In this document: positions 49,173-58,940 of the stretch, one piece after another
How positions within the stretch are numbered: the first letter of the stretch is position 1
How the letters are laid out: every line of letters starts with the position of its first letter
NCBI RefSeq assembly: GCF_965279055.1
Contig: NZ_OZ257125.1
Location: 4,271,322 to 4,335,321 of the forward strand
Source of the DNA: Hydrocarboniphaga sp.
GTDB taxonomy: Bacteria > Pseudomonadota > Gammaproteobacteria > Nevskiales > Nevskiaceae
Length of the DNA stretch: 64,000 nucleotides
Reading direction: 5' to 3'
Made by a program: the position numbers and the translations under genes
Notes under the pieces: generated by a model
Databases searched by the model: none
What the model saw: only the letters and a program-made list of their open reading frames with translations
What the model was told of the DNA's origin: nothing

Positions 49173-49958
49173 ATGGCAAAAGGTCTGTTCGACCTCGGCG
49201 GCAAGGTAGCGGTGATCACCGGCGGCAACAGCGGCCTGGGGCTGGGCTTTGCGCGCGGCATCGCCAGGCAGGGCGGCGACGTGGTGATCTGGGCACGCAA
49301 CGAAGAAAAGAATGCGAGCGCGAAGCAAGAGCTGGAAGCGCTCGGCGTGCGCGTCGCGACGCGAGTCGTCGACGTATCGTCGGAACAGCAGATCGTCGCC
49401 GGCTATGCCGCGGTGCTGAAGGACTTCGGCCGCGTCGACACGGTGGTCGCCAACGCCGGCCCGCCGCCGGCTTCGCAGTCCTCGCTGACCCTGTCCACCG
49501 AGGACTACCACCGGTTTCTCGACGTGGCGCTGCACGGTGCGTTCTACACCTTGCGCGAAGGCGCACGCGTGATGGTCCAGCGAGCGGAAGCCGGCGAACC
49601 CGGCGGCTCGCTGATCGCCTGCGGCAGCCTGTCGATGTTCAAGGGCCTGGCCGGCAAACCGCATTACGCCGGGTCCAAGGCCGCGGTCGGCGCGATCATT
49701 CGCGGCATGGCCGCGGAGTTCGGCAAGCACGGCATCCGCGCCAACGTGATCGCACCCGGCTACATCAAGACCGGCATGACCGGCACCGCCGACGAGCTCA
49801 GCCCGCTGGACAAGTACATGCTCGCCAAGAACGCGATCCCGCGGCCCGGCTACATGGCGGACTTCGAAGGTATCGCCGCGTTTCTGGCCAGCGATTCTTC
49901 CGCGTTCATCACCGGCGAGACCATCACGGTCGACGGCGGCGCGATGGTGATGATGTAG
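49173..49958 (+). CDS. SDR
   Basis: TGGNSGLG, ANAG, YAGSK. Confidence 0.9.
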   Translation: MAKGLFDLGGKVAVITGGNSGLGLGFARGIARQGGDVVIWARNEEKNASAKQELEALGVRVATRVVDVSSEQQIVAGYAAVLKDFGRVDTVVANAGPPPASQSSLTLSTEDYHRFLDVALHGAFYTLREGARVMVQRAEAGEPGGSLIACGSLSMFKGLAGKPHYAGSKAAVGAIIRGMAAEFGKHGIRANVIAPGYIKTGMTGTADELSPLDKYMLAKNAIPRPGYMADFEGIAAFLASDSSAFITGETITVDGGAMVMM

Positions 49959-49988
49959 CAGTGCCCGGCGGCAGACAGGAGCAAGGCG

Positions 49989-51002
49989 ATGGGACGCGTA
50001 CTCAATATTCACGAGGTCGACGACTTCCGGCTGGATGACTATCAGCGGCCGGAGCCCGGCGCAAAAGACGTGGTGGTCAAGGTCAGGGCCTGCGGCGTCT
50101 GCGGCAGCGATCTGACTTACATCAAGGTCGGCGGCATTCATCGCAAGCCCGGCGGCGTCACGCCGCTGGGACACGAGGCGGCCGGCGAAGTCAGCTATGT
50201 CGGCAGCGAAGTCGAGAATCTGTCCGTCGGCCAGCGCGTGATCATCAACCCGATGAACACGCCGAGCCATGTCGGCAGCGGCGGCCCCGAAGGCGCATTC
50301 ACCGAGGAGCTGCTGGTGCGCGGCGCCAGGTTCGGCGACAGCCTGCTGGCGATTCCCGACGGCCTGCCCTACGACATCGCGGCGATGACCGAGCCGCTGG
50401 CGGTGGCGCTGCACGGCGTCAACCGCATGCAGGTCAAGGCCGGCGACAAGGTCGTCGTGTTCGGCTGCGGTCCCATCGGCCTGGGCATGATCCTGTGGCT
50501 GGTCGACCGCGGCATCACCGACGTGGTCGCGCTGGACCTGGCAGCGGAGCGCCTCGAACGCGCCCGCGCTCTCGGCGCGCGCGCCGCCTTCGATCCGACC
50601 AAGGAGGATCTGCGCGCACGGCTGATCGAGCTGCACGGCAAGGGCCGCGTTTTCAGCCGCGAAACCGTCGGCACTGATGCCTGGATCGACGTCGCCGGCG
50701 CACCGAACATCGTCTCCGACGTGGTGCGCATGGCCAAGTTCCAGTCGCGCCTGGTGATCACCGCCGCGCACAGCAAGCCGGTGCCGCTGGACCTGGGCGC
50801 GATGCTGACCACCGAAATGACGATCACCACCGCGGTGGGTTATCCGACCGAAATGCCGGACGTGATCGCGGCGCTGCCGCGGCTGCGTGAGCGCGTCGCC
50901 AGCCTGATCAGCCATCGCTTTCCGTTCGACAAAGTGGTCGAGGCTTTCGGCGTGGCGGCGTCGCCGCAGTCGGCCAAAGTCGTGGTCGAGTTCGACGCAT
51001 GA
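49989..51002 (+). CDS. Zinc-dependent MDR dehydrogenase lacking the structural-zinc lobe
   Basis: GVCGSD, LGHE, GCGPIG, TEPLAV; no 4-Cys lobe. Confidence 0.85.
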   Translation: MGRVLNIHEVDDFRLDDYQRPEPGAKDVVVKVRACGVCGSDLTYIKVGGIHRKPGGVTPLGHEAAGEVSYVGSEVENLSVGQRVIINPMNTPSHVGSGGPEGAFTEELLVRGARFGDSLLAIPDGLPYDIAAMTEPLAVALHGVNRMQVKAGDKVVVFGCGPIGLGMILWLVDRGITDVVALDLAAERLERARALGARAAFDPTKEDLRARLIELHGKGRVFSRETVGTDAWIDVAGAPNIVSDVVRMAKFQSRLVITAAHSKPVPLDLGAMLTTEMTITTAVGYPTEMPDVIAALPRLRERVASLISHRFPFDKVVEAFGVAASPQSAKVVVEFDA

Positions 51003-52285
51003 GCGGCGCCGACGCCAAAGACGGCGGCAAGCCGCTGCTGGCCAAGCTGGTCATGGCCGGCAGCCAGCAGACCGAAGCCGAAGCGATCACCGATTTCGTG
51101 TTCATGGCCAAGGACATTTCCAACGCCTACCTGATCAACACCGGCGATGGCGACGTGATGGTCAACAGCGGCTTCATGGACAACGCCGAGCGCACCCGCA
51201 ACCTGCTCGCGCCGCGACGCAGCGGACCGCTGCGCCGGATCATCCTGACCCAGGCGCATGCCGATCATTACGGTGGCGTGCCGGCGCTGAGCGAGCCGGG
51301 CACGACGCAGGTGGTCGCCGAGAAGCGCTTCGTCGACAACTGGAACTACTTCGATCAGCTGGCGCCTTTCCTGCGCCGGCGCTCGGCCAAGCTGTGGGCG
51401 AACACGCTGAATCGCGGCACCAGACCGCCGGAACCGCCGCGAGTGATTCCGGACATCGTCGTCGACCGTCGCTACGAGTTCGAACAGGGCGGCCGCCGTT
51501 TCGAGGTGATTTCCACGCCGGGCGGCGAAGCACTGGAATCGTTGGTGGTGTGGATGCCCGACGAGCGCATCGTCTTCACCGGCAACCTGTTCGGGCCGGT
51601 GTTCCTGGCGATGCCGAACCTGGTGACGATACGCGGCGACCGGCCGCGCCTGGTCAGCCGCTACCTGCATTCGCTGGACCTCGTGCGCCGGCTCGGTGCC
51701 GAGCTGCTGATCACCGGGCACGGCGATCCGATTCGCGGCGCCGACGCCATTCGCACCAGCCTGGACAAGATGCACGCCGCGGTGTCGTTCGTGAAACAGG
51801 CGGTCGTCGACGGCATGAACGCCGGCAAGACCGTGCACACGCTGATGCGCGAAGTCCGTTTGCCGGCCGAGCTGCAGATCGGCGAGTTCCACGGCAATGT
51901 GCGCTGGGCCGTGCGCAGCATTTGGGATGAACACGCCGGCTGGTTCCACTACGAGGACTCCACCACCGGCTTGTATGGCGTGCCGCGTTCGGCGGTGAAT
52001 GCGGATATCGCCGAACTCGCCGGCGGCGCCGCGGCGCTCGCGGCACGTGCGCGCGTCAAACTCGACTCGGCCCAGCCGCTGGAAGCACTGCACCTGCTCG
52101 ACATCGCCTTGAGCGCCGAGCCGTCACATGCCGATTCGCTGAGCGTGAAAAAGGACGCGCTGCAGCTGCTGCTGAAAGAATCCAGCGGCGGCAACCTGAG
52201 CGAGACGATGTGGCTGAAGTCGGAAATCGCCGCGGTCGATGCGGCGATTGGGTCCCCTCTCCCTCCGGGAGAGGGTGGCGCGTAG
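50999..52285 (+). CDS. Alkylsulfatase-like metallo-beta-lactamase-fold protein
   Basis: TQAHADHYGG, TPGGE, GNLFG, ITGHG, dimerisation-like region GNVRWAVRSIW...GWF. Confidence 0.78.
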   Translation: MSGADAKDGGKPLLAKLVMAGSQQTEAEAITDFVFMAKDISNAYLINTGDGDVMVNSGFMDNAERTRNLLAPRRSGPLRRIILTQAHADHYGGVPALSEPGTTQVVAEKRFVDNWNYFDQLAPFLRRRSAKLWANTLNRGTRPPEPPRVIPDIVVDRRYEFEQGGRRFEVISTPGGEALESLVVWMPDERIVFTGNLFGPVFLAMPNLVTIRGDRPRLVSRYLHSLDLVRRLGAELLITGHGDPIRGADAIRTSLDKMHAAVSFVKQAVVDGMNAGKTVHTLMREVRLPAELQIGEFHGNVRWAVRSIWDEHAGWFHYEDSTTGLYGVPRSAVNADIAELAGGAAALAARARVKLDSAQPLEALHLLDIALSAEPSHADSLSVKKDALQLLLKESSGGNLSETMWLKSEIAAVDAAIGSPLPPGEGGA

Positions 52286-52370
52286 CGCCGGGTGAGGGAC
52301 TCTCCGTTACAACCCAGTTTGTGATCGGCAAGGCCCTCACCCCTAGCCCCTCTCCCGGAGGGAGAGGGGA
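52254..52370. repeat. Palindromic repeat doublet, family B, overlapping the MBL stop codon
   Basis: CCCCTCTCCCTCCGGGAGAGGGTGGCGCGTAGCGCCGGGTGAGGG...CCCTCACCCCTAGCCCCTCTCCCGGAGGGAGAGGGG. Confidence 0.88.
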
Positions 52371-52379
52371 ACATTCAAA

Positions 52380-53813
52380 TCACCACACGCCGTTGGTAAC
52401 CCGCACCACGTACAAACCGCTGTACGCATCGGTGTACCAGATCTCCTTGCGCTCGGGCGCAAACGCCGGGCTGGACAGCGCCTGGTTGCTGGCCGCTGCC
52501 GGTATCGGCAGCAGGCGCGGCTGCACCGGCGCGTTGAAATAGGCGATTTCGCGCGGCTTCAGCGGATCGTGGATATCGAACACGCGCAAGCCCGACAGCA
52601 GCATGCTGCAGGCGACGATCGGCGGATCGACGCGACTCGGGACGTTGCAGTAATGGCCGGCGTAGCCCGACAGCAGGCTGGACGCGCCGGGATCGTCGGC
52701 GAGCGCCGCGCGGTTCTCCGGCTGATGCACTTCGAGGCGGATTTCGGAGGCGACGAAAGGCTGGGTCTCGTCACTGATATCGATGATGCGCGCGGCACCG
52801 ACCACGGCGCCGTTGGCGGCCGGGATGAACTTGCCGGTCTCGGTCACCGAGAACTCGTCGATGTCGAGCAGGTAGGGCTTGCCGTTGCGCGTGAACGGAA
52901 TCGCGTTCTGCGGAATGCTGCGATTGCCCCAGTCCAGACGCGCGATTTCGTGTACTTCCGGATCCGGCTTGCGCGCCTGGATTTCGGAGACGTCGAGTAC
53001 CACCAGGCCGGTATCGGTGTTGATGCCCGAGGCGATATAGGCGCGATTGCCGTCGTCGCTGATGCTCAGGCCATGCGACTTGTAGTCGGTGACTTTCAGC
53101 ATCTTCGGCCGCGACGGGTCGGCGATGTCGACCGCGGTCAGGGTCGGCGTGCCGGGTGACGAGGAGTAGAACGTCCTGCCGTCCGGCGCCAGGCCGCTTT
53201 CGTGACCGAACACGCCGACCAGTGCCGACGAACGCAGCTTGGGATGACGGCAATCCGCGGACAGGTCGTAGACGTCGACGATGCCCGGATACAGCGCCGG
53301 ATTGCCCATCACCGCGGCCAGAATGCCGGCCTGCTGCGATACCACCAGGGATTCGTGCGGCGACAGCATCGCCGGCGTGATCAGACGCGCGGTCAGCTGC
53401 GGCTGCGTCGGATCACTCATGTCGATCACGTTGACGCCGACGTTCGCGTCCAGCACGTTGGTCGGGAACAGGATCGTGGTGTCGTAGTACGCGCACTCGT
53501 GGCCGGCCGGGTCGATGTAACGCTCGACCTTGAAGCCGCCGACGCTGCCGATCACGTTGGCTTTCGTATACGAGCCGACCAGCTCGGTATTGCAGGTGTA
53601 ACCCTGCGCCGCGCGGCCGCTGTCGTGATCGGCCTGGCTGACACGGCCCTGCATGCCGGTCTCGGGCTGCGAGCCGGCACCGCACTGGGCCTTGGGCGTC
53701 GCCGCGCTCGACGGCACGACGACCGGCGCCGAGGGCGAACCCGAGCCACAGCCGGCCGCCGCCAGAGCCAGCAAGCTGGCGGCCGCAGTAACACGCAAAC
53801 GGTGAGCGTCCAT
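52380..53813 (-). CDS. LVIVD-repeat beta-propeller lipoprotein
   Basis: Lipobox LAAAG-C; repeats VNVIDMSDP, VDVYDLS, LTAVDIADP, LVVLDVS, ARIIDISD, LRVFDIHDP. Confidence 0.8.
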   Translation of the reverse strand: MDAHRLRVTAAASLLALAAAGCGSGSPSAPVVVPSSAATPKAQCGAGSQPETGMQGRVSQADHDSGRAAQGYTCNTELVGSYTKANVIGSVGGFKVERYIDPAGHECAYYDTTILFPTNVLDANVGVNVIDMSDPTQPQLTARLITPAMLSPHESLVVSQQAGILAAVMGNPALYPGIVDVYDLSADCRHPKLRSSALVGVFGHESGLAPDGRTFYSSSPGTPTLTAVDIADPSRPKMLKVTDYKSHGLSISDDGNRAYIASGINTDTGLVVLDVSEIQARKPDPEVHEIARLDWGNRSIPQNAIPFTRNGKPYLLDIDEFSVTETGKFIPAANGAVVGAARIIDISDETQPFVASEIRLEVHQPENRAALADDPGASSLLSGYAGHYCNVPSRVDPPIVACSMLLSGLRVFDIHDPLKPREIAYFNAPVQPRLLPIPAAASNQALSSPAFAPERKEIWYTDAYSGLYVVRVTNGVW

Positions 53814-53900
53814 CGTCTCTCTCCTGCGACCGACAATTCGATGCCGGCGCGTTCACCGCTGCGCCGGTGCATTGCCGGCGCAGTCGGAGCGATGCGGATT

Positions 53901-55169
53901 CTAGAACGGCAGCTTGTACAGCTCCGCCGCGTTGCGCTCGAGCACACGCTTCTTCACTTCGTGGCTATAGCCGCCGAGCGTGTCGACGATATGCGCCTGC
54001 ACGCCCGGATACAGCGAGGTCGGGTGCGGGAAGTCGGTTTCGAACAGCACCTTGTCGACGCCGATGGTTTCCAGCAGCAGCTTCGGCGCGACTTTCTCGA
54101 ACCAGTACGTGACCCAGAAGTGATCCTTGAAATATTCCCAGGGACGGCGCTTGGCGATGTTGCGCTTGGCGCCCATCATTTCGTCGAACTGGTGTTCGAG
54201 CGCTTCCAGCGCGAACGGAATCCAGCCCATGCCGCTTTCGATCAGGCCGATCTTCAGCTTCGGGTGGCGATCGAGACGGCCGCTGACGATCCAGTTGCCG
54301 AGCGTCGCGGCGTTGCAGATCGAGAACATCGTCGCGACCACCGACAAGGTCTGCTCGAACGCAAAGCCCTTCCAGGTCAGCGCGGTCGGATCGATGGCGA
54401 CGTTCAGATGGAAGTTGATCGGCAGCGCCTCGTGCTCGCACAGTTCCAGGAACGAGGTCCAGTGATCCTCGATCAGCGACGGCAGGCCCATGCGCTCGGG
54501 CGTATCCGGCACGACGAAGCCTTTCAGCCCGATGTCGGCGCAGCGGCGCGCTTCGGCGTCCATCGCCTTCTTGTCCCAGATCGGCAGATGCGCCAGGGTG
54601 AACAGGCGCTGCCCGCTTTCCTGCTGACGCTCGGCGGCGGCGTCGTTGTAGGCCTTGATGATCGCCAGCGCCAGTTCCGGATCGCCGAGCGCCATCAGCG
54701 AACCCGGCTGGGTCACGCCGGAGTTCTGGAAGCATATCTGCGCGTAGACGCCCATGTCGTCCATCGCCTGCAGGCGCGCCTTGGTGTCGTGCGCGCCGGC
54801 ATGGCCTTCGTCTATGGTCTGGAACGCGAGACGGCCGAGCAGCTTGTTGTTGTCGGCGCGGATCACGTTGCCGCCGAGCGTGCCGAAATCGCGCTCGCCG
54901 ACGAACCAGCGGTCGACGCCCTTGACGCGCTTCACATGCGGCATGCGGCCTTTCAGCGCGGCCGGCGCCTGCTTGATGAACAGGTCCGGCGCTTCGGTGA
55001 CATGCGTGTCGCAGTCGACGATCTTGATGCCTTTCAGGCTCGGGTCCAGACCCGCGGACTGGGACGCGTAGTCCACTTCGCGAATCATTCCACCGGCCGT
55101 ATAACCCTCGGCCGACCAGTATTTGCGCGCCTGGTTTGCAAGCTCGTCTGCGCGGTTGTCGTCGCTCAT
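53901..55169 (-). CDS. Amidohydrolase_2 family protein (decarboxylase/hydratase-like)
   Basis: DCDTHV, INFH, ESGMGW, FETDFPH. Confidence 0.85.
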   Translation of the reverse strand: MSDDNRADELANQARKYWSAEGYTAGGMIREVDYASQSAGLDPSLKGIKIVDCDTHVTEAPDLFIKQAPAALKGRMPHVKRVKGVDRWFVGERDFGTLGGNVIRADNNKLLGRLAFQTIDEGHAGAHDTKARLQAMDDMGVYAQICFQNSGVTQPGSLMALGDPELALAIIKAYNDAAAERQQESGQRLFTLAHLPIWDKKAMDAEARRCADIGLKGFVVPDTPERMGLPSLIEDHWTSFLELCEHEALPINFHLNVAIDPTALTWKGFAFEQTLSVVATMFSICNAATLGNWIVSGRLDRHPKLKIGLIESGMGWIPFALEALEHQFDEMMGAKRNIAKRRPWEYFKDHFWVTYWFEKVAPKLLLETIGVDKVLFETDFPHPTSLYPGVQAHIVDTLGGYSHEVKKRVLERNAAELYKLPF

Positions 55170-55254
55170 GATGTCACCTCTCGACTCTGTGCTGTTTGCT
55201 GGTTGCGTGCCTGCGTTGATGCAGGCGGCTCGTTGTTGTTGATGGGCCGCCGGA

Positions 55255-56568
55255 TCAGGCGGCCTTGGCGTGATGCGAGAACATGCGCATCAGATCGCCG
55301 CTGGTGATCGCGCGCGGCGCCTCGCCTTCTGCCAGCGGCGAGGCGCCACCGGAAGACTTGGGCGTGACGTCGACGCCGGCCGCCAGCGCGGCGGCGCGCA
55401 GCGCGCCGACGCTGAGTTGTTCACGCGGGATGTGCTTGAACATGTCGAAGCGGAAAAAGCGCATCGCATTGCCGTGCGTGATCTTGGCGATGCGTTCGGC
55501 GCTCAGGTGCTGGATGGTTTCCCACAGCCGCTCCGGCACGTTCGGCCACAGCGAATCCGAATGCGGGTAATCGCATTCGTAGGAGACCATGTCCTCGTTG
55601 AGGAAATCCAGGTTCTTCAGGCCGAACTCGTCGTCGATGAAGCAGTTCAGGAAATGCTTGCGGAACACCTCGCTGGGCTTGGTGCCCTTGAACCCGGAAT
55701 GGGTCCAGGCCTTGTGGCGCTCATGGCTGAAGTTGGCGCGTTCCAGAAAGTAAGGGATCCAGCCGATGCCGCCTTCCGACAGCGCGATCTTCATCGTCGG
55801 ATAGCGCTCCAGCGCGGCCAGGTTCAGCCAGTCGGCGGCGCCGGTCGAGATCGACATCGGCATCGTCGTGATCCAGGCTTCGATCGGCGTTTCCATCGAC
55901 GCATGCGGCGCCGGGTTGCCGGCGCCGATGTGCAGGCAGATCGCGATGTCCAGATCGGTGACGATCTTCCACAGCGGTTCCCAATAGGCGTTGTGGATGC
56001 TCGGCAGGCCCTGCGTGGTCGGATTCTCGTTGATCGAAATCGTCGTGCAGCCCTTGGCGGCGATGCGCTTGATTTCCTCGACGGTGGCCTTGATGTCCCA
56101 GGTCGGCACGATGCCGCAGGGAATGAAGCGGCCCGGATAGGCGCCGCACCATTCGTCGATATGCCAGTCGTTGTAGGCGCGCATGTGGATCAGCGCCTTG
56201 GCCTTGTCCGCGGCCTTGTGAAAGCGGCCGCCGTCGAAGCCGACGCAGGAGCCGAAGTTAAGCGAGGCGGCGATGCCGTTGACGTTCATGTCGTCGATGC
56301 GCGCGTGCACGTCGTAGGTGCCCTTGCGCAGCTGCTCCATCGCGGTCGGTTCCATGCCGTACTCGTCCAGCGGACGGCCGACCACGGCGTTCAGGCCCAC
56401 CGACGGCATTTTCATGCCCTGGTATTCCCAGTAGTTGGTGCCGTTGTCGCTGGTCATCAGCTTCGGTGCGCTGGCCAGGTCGTCGCCCGACAGATGCTTG
56501 TCGAACATGCCCGGCGGCTCGCTGATGTGATCATCGACACTGATGATCACCAGGTCATTCATATTCAT
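55255..56568 (-). CDS. Amidohydrolase_2 family protein (paralogue)
   Basis: SVDDHI, AYNDWH, CLHIG, EGGIGW, YECDYPHSDS. Confidence 0.85.
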   Translation of the reverse strand: MNMNDLVIISVDDHISEPPGMFDKHLSGDDLASAPKLMTSDNGTNYWEYQGMKMPSVGLNAVVGRPLDEYGMEPTAMEQLRKGTYDVHARIDDMNVNGIAASLNFGSCVGFDGGRFHKAADKAKALIHMRAYNDWHIDEWCGAYPGRFIPCGIVPTWDIKATVEEIKRIAAKGCTTISINENPTTQGLPSIHNAYWEPLWKIVTDLDIAICLHIGAGNPAPHASMETPIEAWITTMPMSISTGAADWLNLAALERYPTMKIALSEGGIGWIPYFLERANFSHERHKAWTHSGFKGTKPSEVFRKHFLNCFIDDEFGLKNLDFLNEDMVSYECDYPHSDSLWPNVPERLWETIQHLSAERIAKITHGNAMRFFRFDMFKHIPREQLSVGALRAAALAAGVDVTPKSSGGASPLAEGEAPRAITSGDLMRMFSHHAKAA

Positions 56569-56616
56569 ACCGCTCTCCTGTGCTCGCTGTTTTGCTCGCG
56601 GGGCTAGATTGGCCCG

Positions 56617-57342
56617 CTAGACGCGGGAATTCAAAAGCATTCCGTCGAGTGGTTGCGCCTTGCCCTGGTTGAAATCGCGAATCACGCCGACACGCCGCGC
56701 GATGACGGCCCGCTCGGGCTGAAACGTGTAGCAGTTCGGCGGCATGCGCGAGGCGTCGGACTGATGCCCGATCGGAATGCGCCGGCCGTTGGCGATCATG
56801 TTGGCCCAGCGCAGCAGCCGCGCCGCCTCCTGCTGCGGCGCGCTCAGCGTGTCCATCCACGGCCGCAGCTTGTCCAGGGTCATGCCGGCCAGCTCGGCCG
56901 GCTCGACGATGCGGAACGAGGCCTCGGCCCAGCTGAGCACCACCTCGCCGTCGCGACGCAGTTCGGCGCGGCGCAGGCCGTCGACCGCGTCCGTCACCAG
57001 CACGTCGTAAATCATCGGCTGGGTGTCGAAAGCGTGGGCCGCGGCGAGCTGCGCCAGATCGTGCAGATGTGTGCAGTTGGCCGCCTTGTCGCCGCGCGTG
57101 GCGACCGCGTCCAGCGCGACACCGGTGAACGTCTGCTGGAGCTGCAAGGTCGCGCCGGGGCAGGTGCTCCACGGCGCACGCATCAGATCGGCGTCGACCG
57201 TGTTGATGGTCTTGCCGTCGTGATGCAGCACGACGCTCATGCAATGGAAATCGTCCTCGACCTCGCTGCGCACCTGGCCCGGCGCCGGCGTCACCCGAAA
57301 GCGACGGCGGAAACCGGGCAACGCGGGCGCGCAGGACTTCAT
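56617..57342 (-). CDS. DUF2889-type protein
   Basis: EDDFH, PWSTCPGA, NCTHL.DLA, NCYTFQP; ATG 57342. Confidence 0.7.
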   Translation of the reverse strand: MKSCAPALPGFRRRFRVTPAPGQVRSEVEDDFHCMSVVLHHDGKTINTVDADLMRAPWSTCPGATLQLQQTFTGVALDAVATRGDKAANCTHLHDLAQLAAAHAFDTQPMIYDVLVTDAVDGLRRAELRRDGEVVLSWAEASFRIVEPAELAGMTLDKLRPWMDTLSAPQQEAARLLRWANMIANGRRIPIGHQSDASRMPPNCYTFQPERAVIARRVGVIRDFNQGKAQPLDGMLLNSRV

Positions 57343-57352
57343 CAGAAAATCC

Positions 57353-58522
57353 CTAGTCCCGCACCAGCAGCAGCGCGGTGGCCAGCGGGCCACCGCCGGA
57401 AGCCGCGACCGCGACTTTCGGCTCGCCCCTGACCTGGCGCGCGCCGGCGCTGCCGCGCAGCTGCGTGACCGCCTCGTGCGCGAAGCCGAAGCCATGCAGG
57501 CGTCCGGCGCCGATCTGGCCGCCGAAGGTGTTCAAGGGCAGCTCGCCATCCAGCGCAATGCGTTGGCCACCTTCGATGAACTTGCCGCCTTCGCCGACTT
57601 CGCAGAAACCCAGCGACTCGATCCAGGCCAGTGCCTGGAAACTGAAACCGTCGTAGAGCTGCGCGGTATCGACATCCGACGGCTTGTAGTCCGTGCGCTT
57701 CCATAGATCCCTGCCGGTCGCATAGCAGGCCATCCACTCGGCCTGGTCCCAGCTCAGGCGCTCGACACTGCCGGCCATGGCCTCGATGCGGATCGGCGTG
57801 CAGCGTACTTCGTCCAGGGCGTCGCCGGCGGACACGATCAGCACCGTCGAGGCGTCGGTGAAACGGTCGCAGTCGTACAAACACAGCGGCGAGCTGATCA
57901 TGCGCGCCGACAGGTATTCGTCCATGCTCAGCGGCTCGCGCACCAGCGCGCGAGGATTCAGCGCCGCGTGCGCGCGATCGGTCAGCGCGATCTGCCCCAG
58001 CTGCTCGCGTGTCAGACCGTATTTCTTGACGTGGCGCATCGCGTACTGCGCGGTCCAGGTCACTGCCGACAGCGCGTTGAACGGCGAGAACCACTGCGAG
58101 TTGCCCTCGCTGCGATCGCGGCGCTGCATCGGATATTCGTCCGGACGCGCCATCGCCGCGGCTTCGTAGACGGTGCGGAAACAAATGACGTGACGCGCCT
58201 GGCCGCTGCGGATCGCACCGACCGCCGCCGTCACCGCGCCGAGCTGCGAGGTGATCTCGCCGCCGCCGGCATACCAGCTCGCGCGGATACCGAGCGCGTC
58301 GACCAGCTCGTCGGCACCGACTGGCGAAAAGCCCGGCATCGCCGCAACACGGCCCGGATACGTGGAGACGCCGTCGATCTGCGCGATGCTCAAACCAGCC
58401 TCGTCCAGCGCCTCGCGCACCGCGTCGACCGTCAGCAGCAGCGGATGACGCGTCAGCTTGACGCCGACTTCGGACTGGCCGACGCCGGTGATGTAAGCCT
58501 CGGGAACCTTGCGCGCGCTCAT
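57353..58522 (-). CDS. Thiolase-fold SCPx/Ltp2-like protein
   Basis: ITGVGQS, ISSPLCLYDCDRFTD, LYDGFS, NTFGGQIGAGRLHG; no classical thiolase Cys motif; ATG 58522. Confidence 0.85.
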   Translation of the reverse strand: MSARKVPEAYITGVGQSEVGVKLTRHPLLLTVDAVREALDEAGLSIAQIDGVSTYPGRVAAMPGFSPVGADELVDALGIRASWYAGGGEITSQLGAVTAAVGAIRSGQARHVICFRTVYEAAAMARPDEYPMQRRDRSEGNSQWFSPFNALSAVTWTAQYAMRHVKKYGLTREQLGQIALTDRAHAALNPRALVREPLSMDEYLSARMISSPLCLYDCDRFTDASTVLIVSAGDALDEVRCTPIRIEAMAGSVERLSWDQAEWMACYATGRDLWKRTDYKPSDVDTAQLYDGFSFQALAWIESLGFCEVGEGGKFIEGGQRIALDGELPLNTFGGQIGAGRLHGFGFAHEAVTQLRGSAGARQVRGEPKVAVAASGGGPLATALLLVRD

Positions 58523-58938
58523 GCGACTTTCTCGAACAGCGGCAGCCAGACGTCGCCGTGCTGCTCGAAGTGCACGCGCACCCGGTCGCCGATATCCACC
58601 GCATCGACTTCGCAGCCGATGATGTTCGTCGTCAGGATCACGCCCGGCGCGCCGTCGAGCGCGACTCTCGCGATCACGAACGGCAGTTCCATCGCCGGAA
58701 ACCATTTCTGGTGATTGACCGTGAACGTGTCGACGACGCCGGTGCCGGCGACCGCAACCGGCGCGACCTTGTCCGACAGGCAATGCCGGCACACCGGCCG
58801 CGGCGGATGCACGTAGCCCTTGCAGTCCTGGCACTGATGAATGCGCAGCTCGCCGACTTCACCGCCGGTCCAGAACGCGCGATTGTCCGCGTCCAGCCGC
58901 GGCAAGGGACGCGTGGAGGCGGTGTTGTAGCCGGCCAC
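58519..58938 (-). CDS. DUF35 zinc-ribbon/OB-fold protein
   Basis: CQDC...PRPVCRHC, then an OB fold (GDRVRVHF); overlaps the thiolase-like gene by 4 nt. Confidence 0.88.
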   Translation of the reverse strand: MAGYNTASTRPLPRLDADNRAFWTGGEVGELRIHQCQDCKGYVHPPRPVCRHCLSDKVAPVAVAGTGVVDTFTVNHQKWFPAMELPFVIARVALDGAPGVILTTNIIGCEVDAVDIGDRVRVHFEQHGDVWLPLFEKVA

Positions 58939-58940
58939 TG

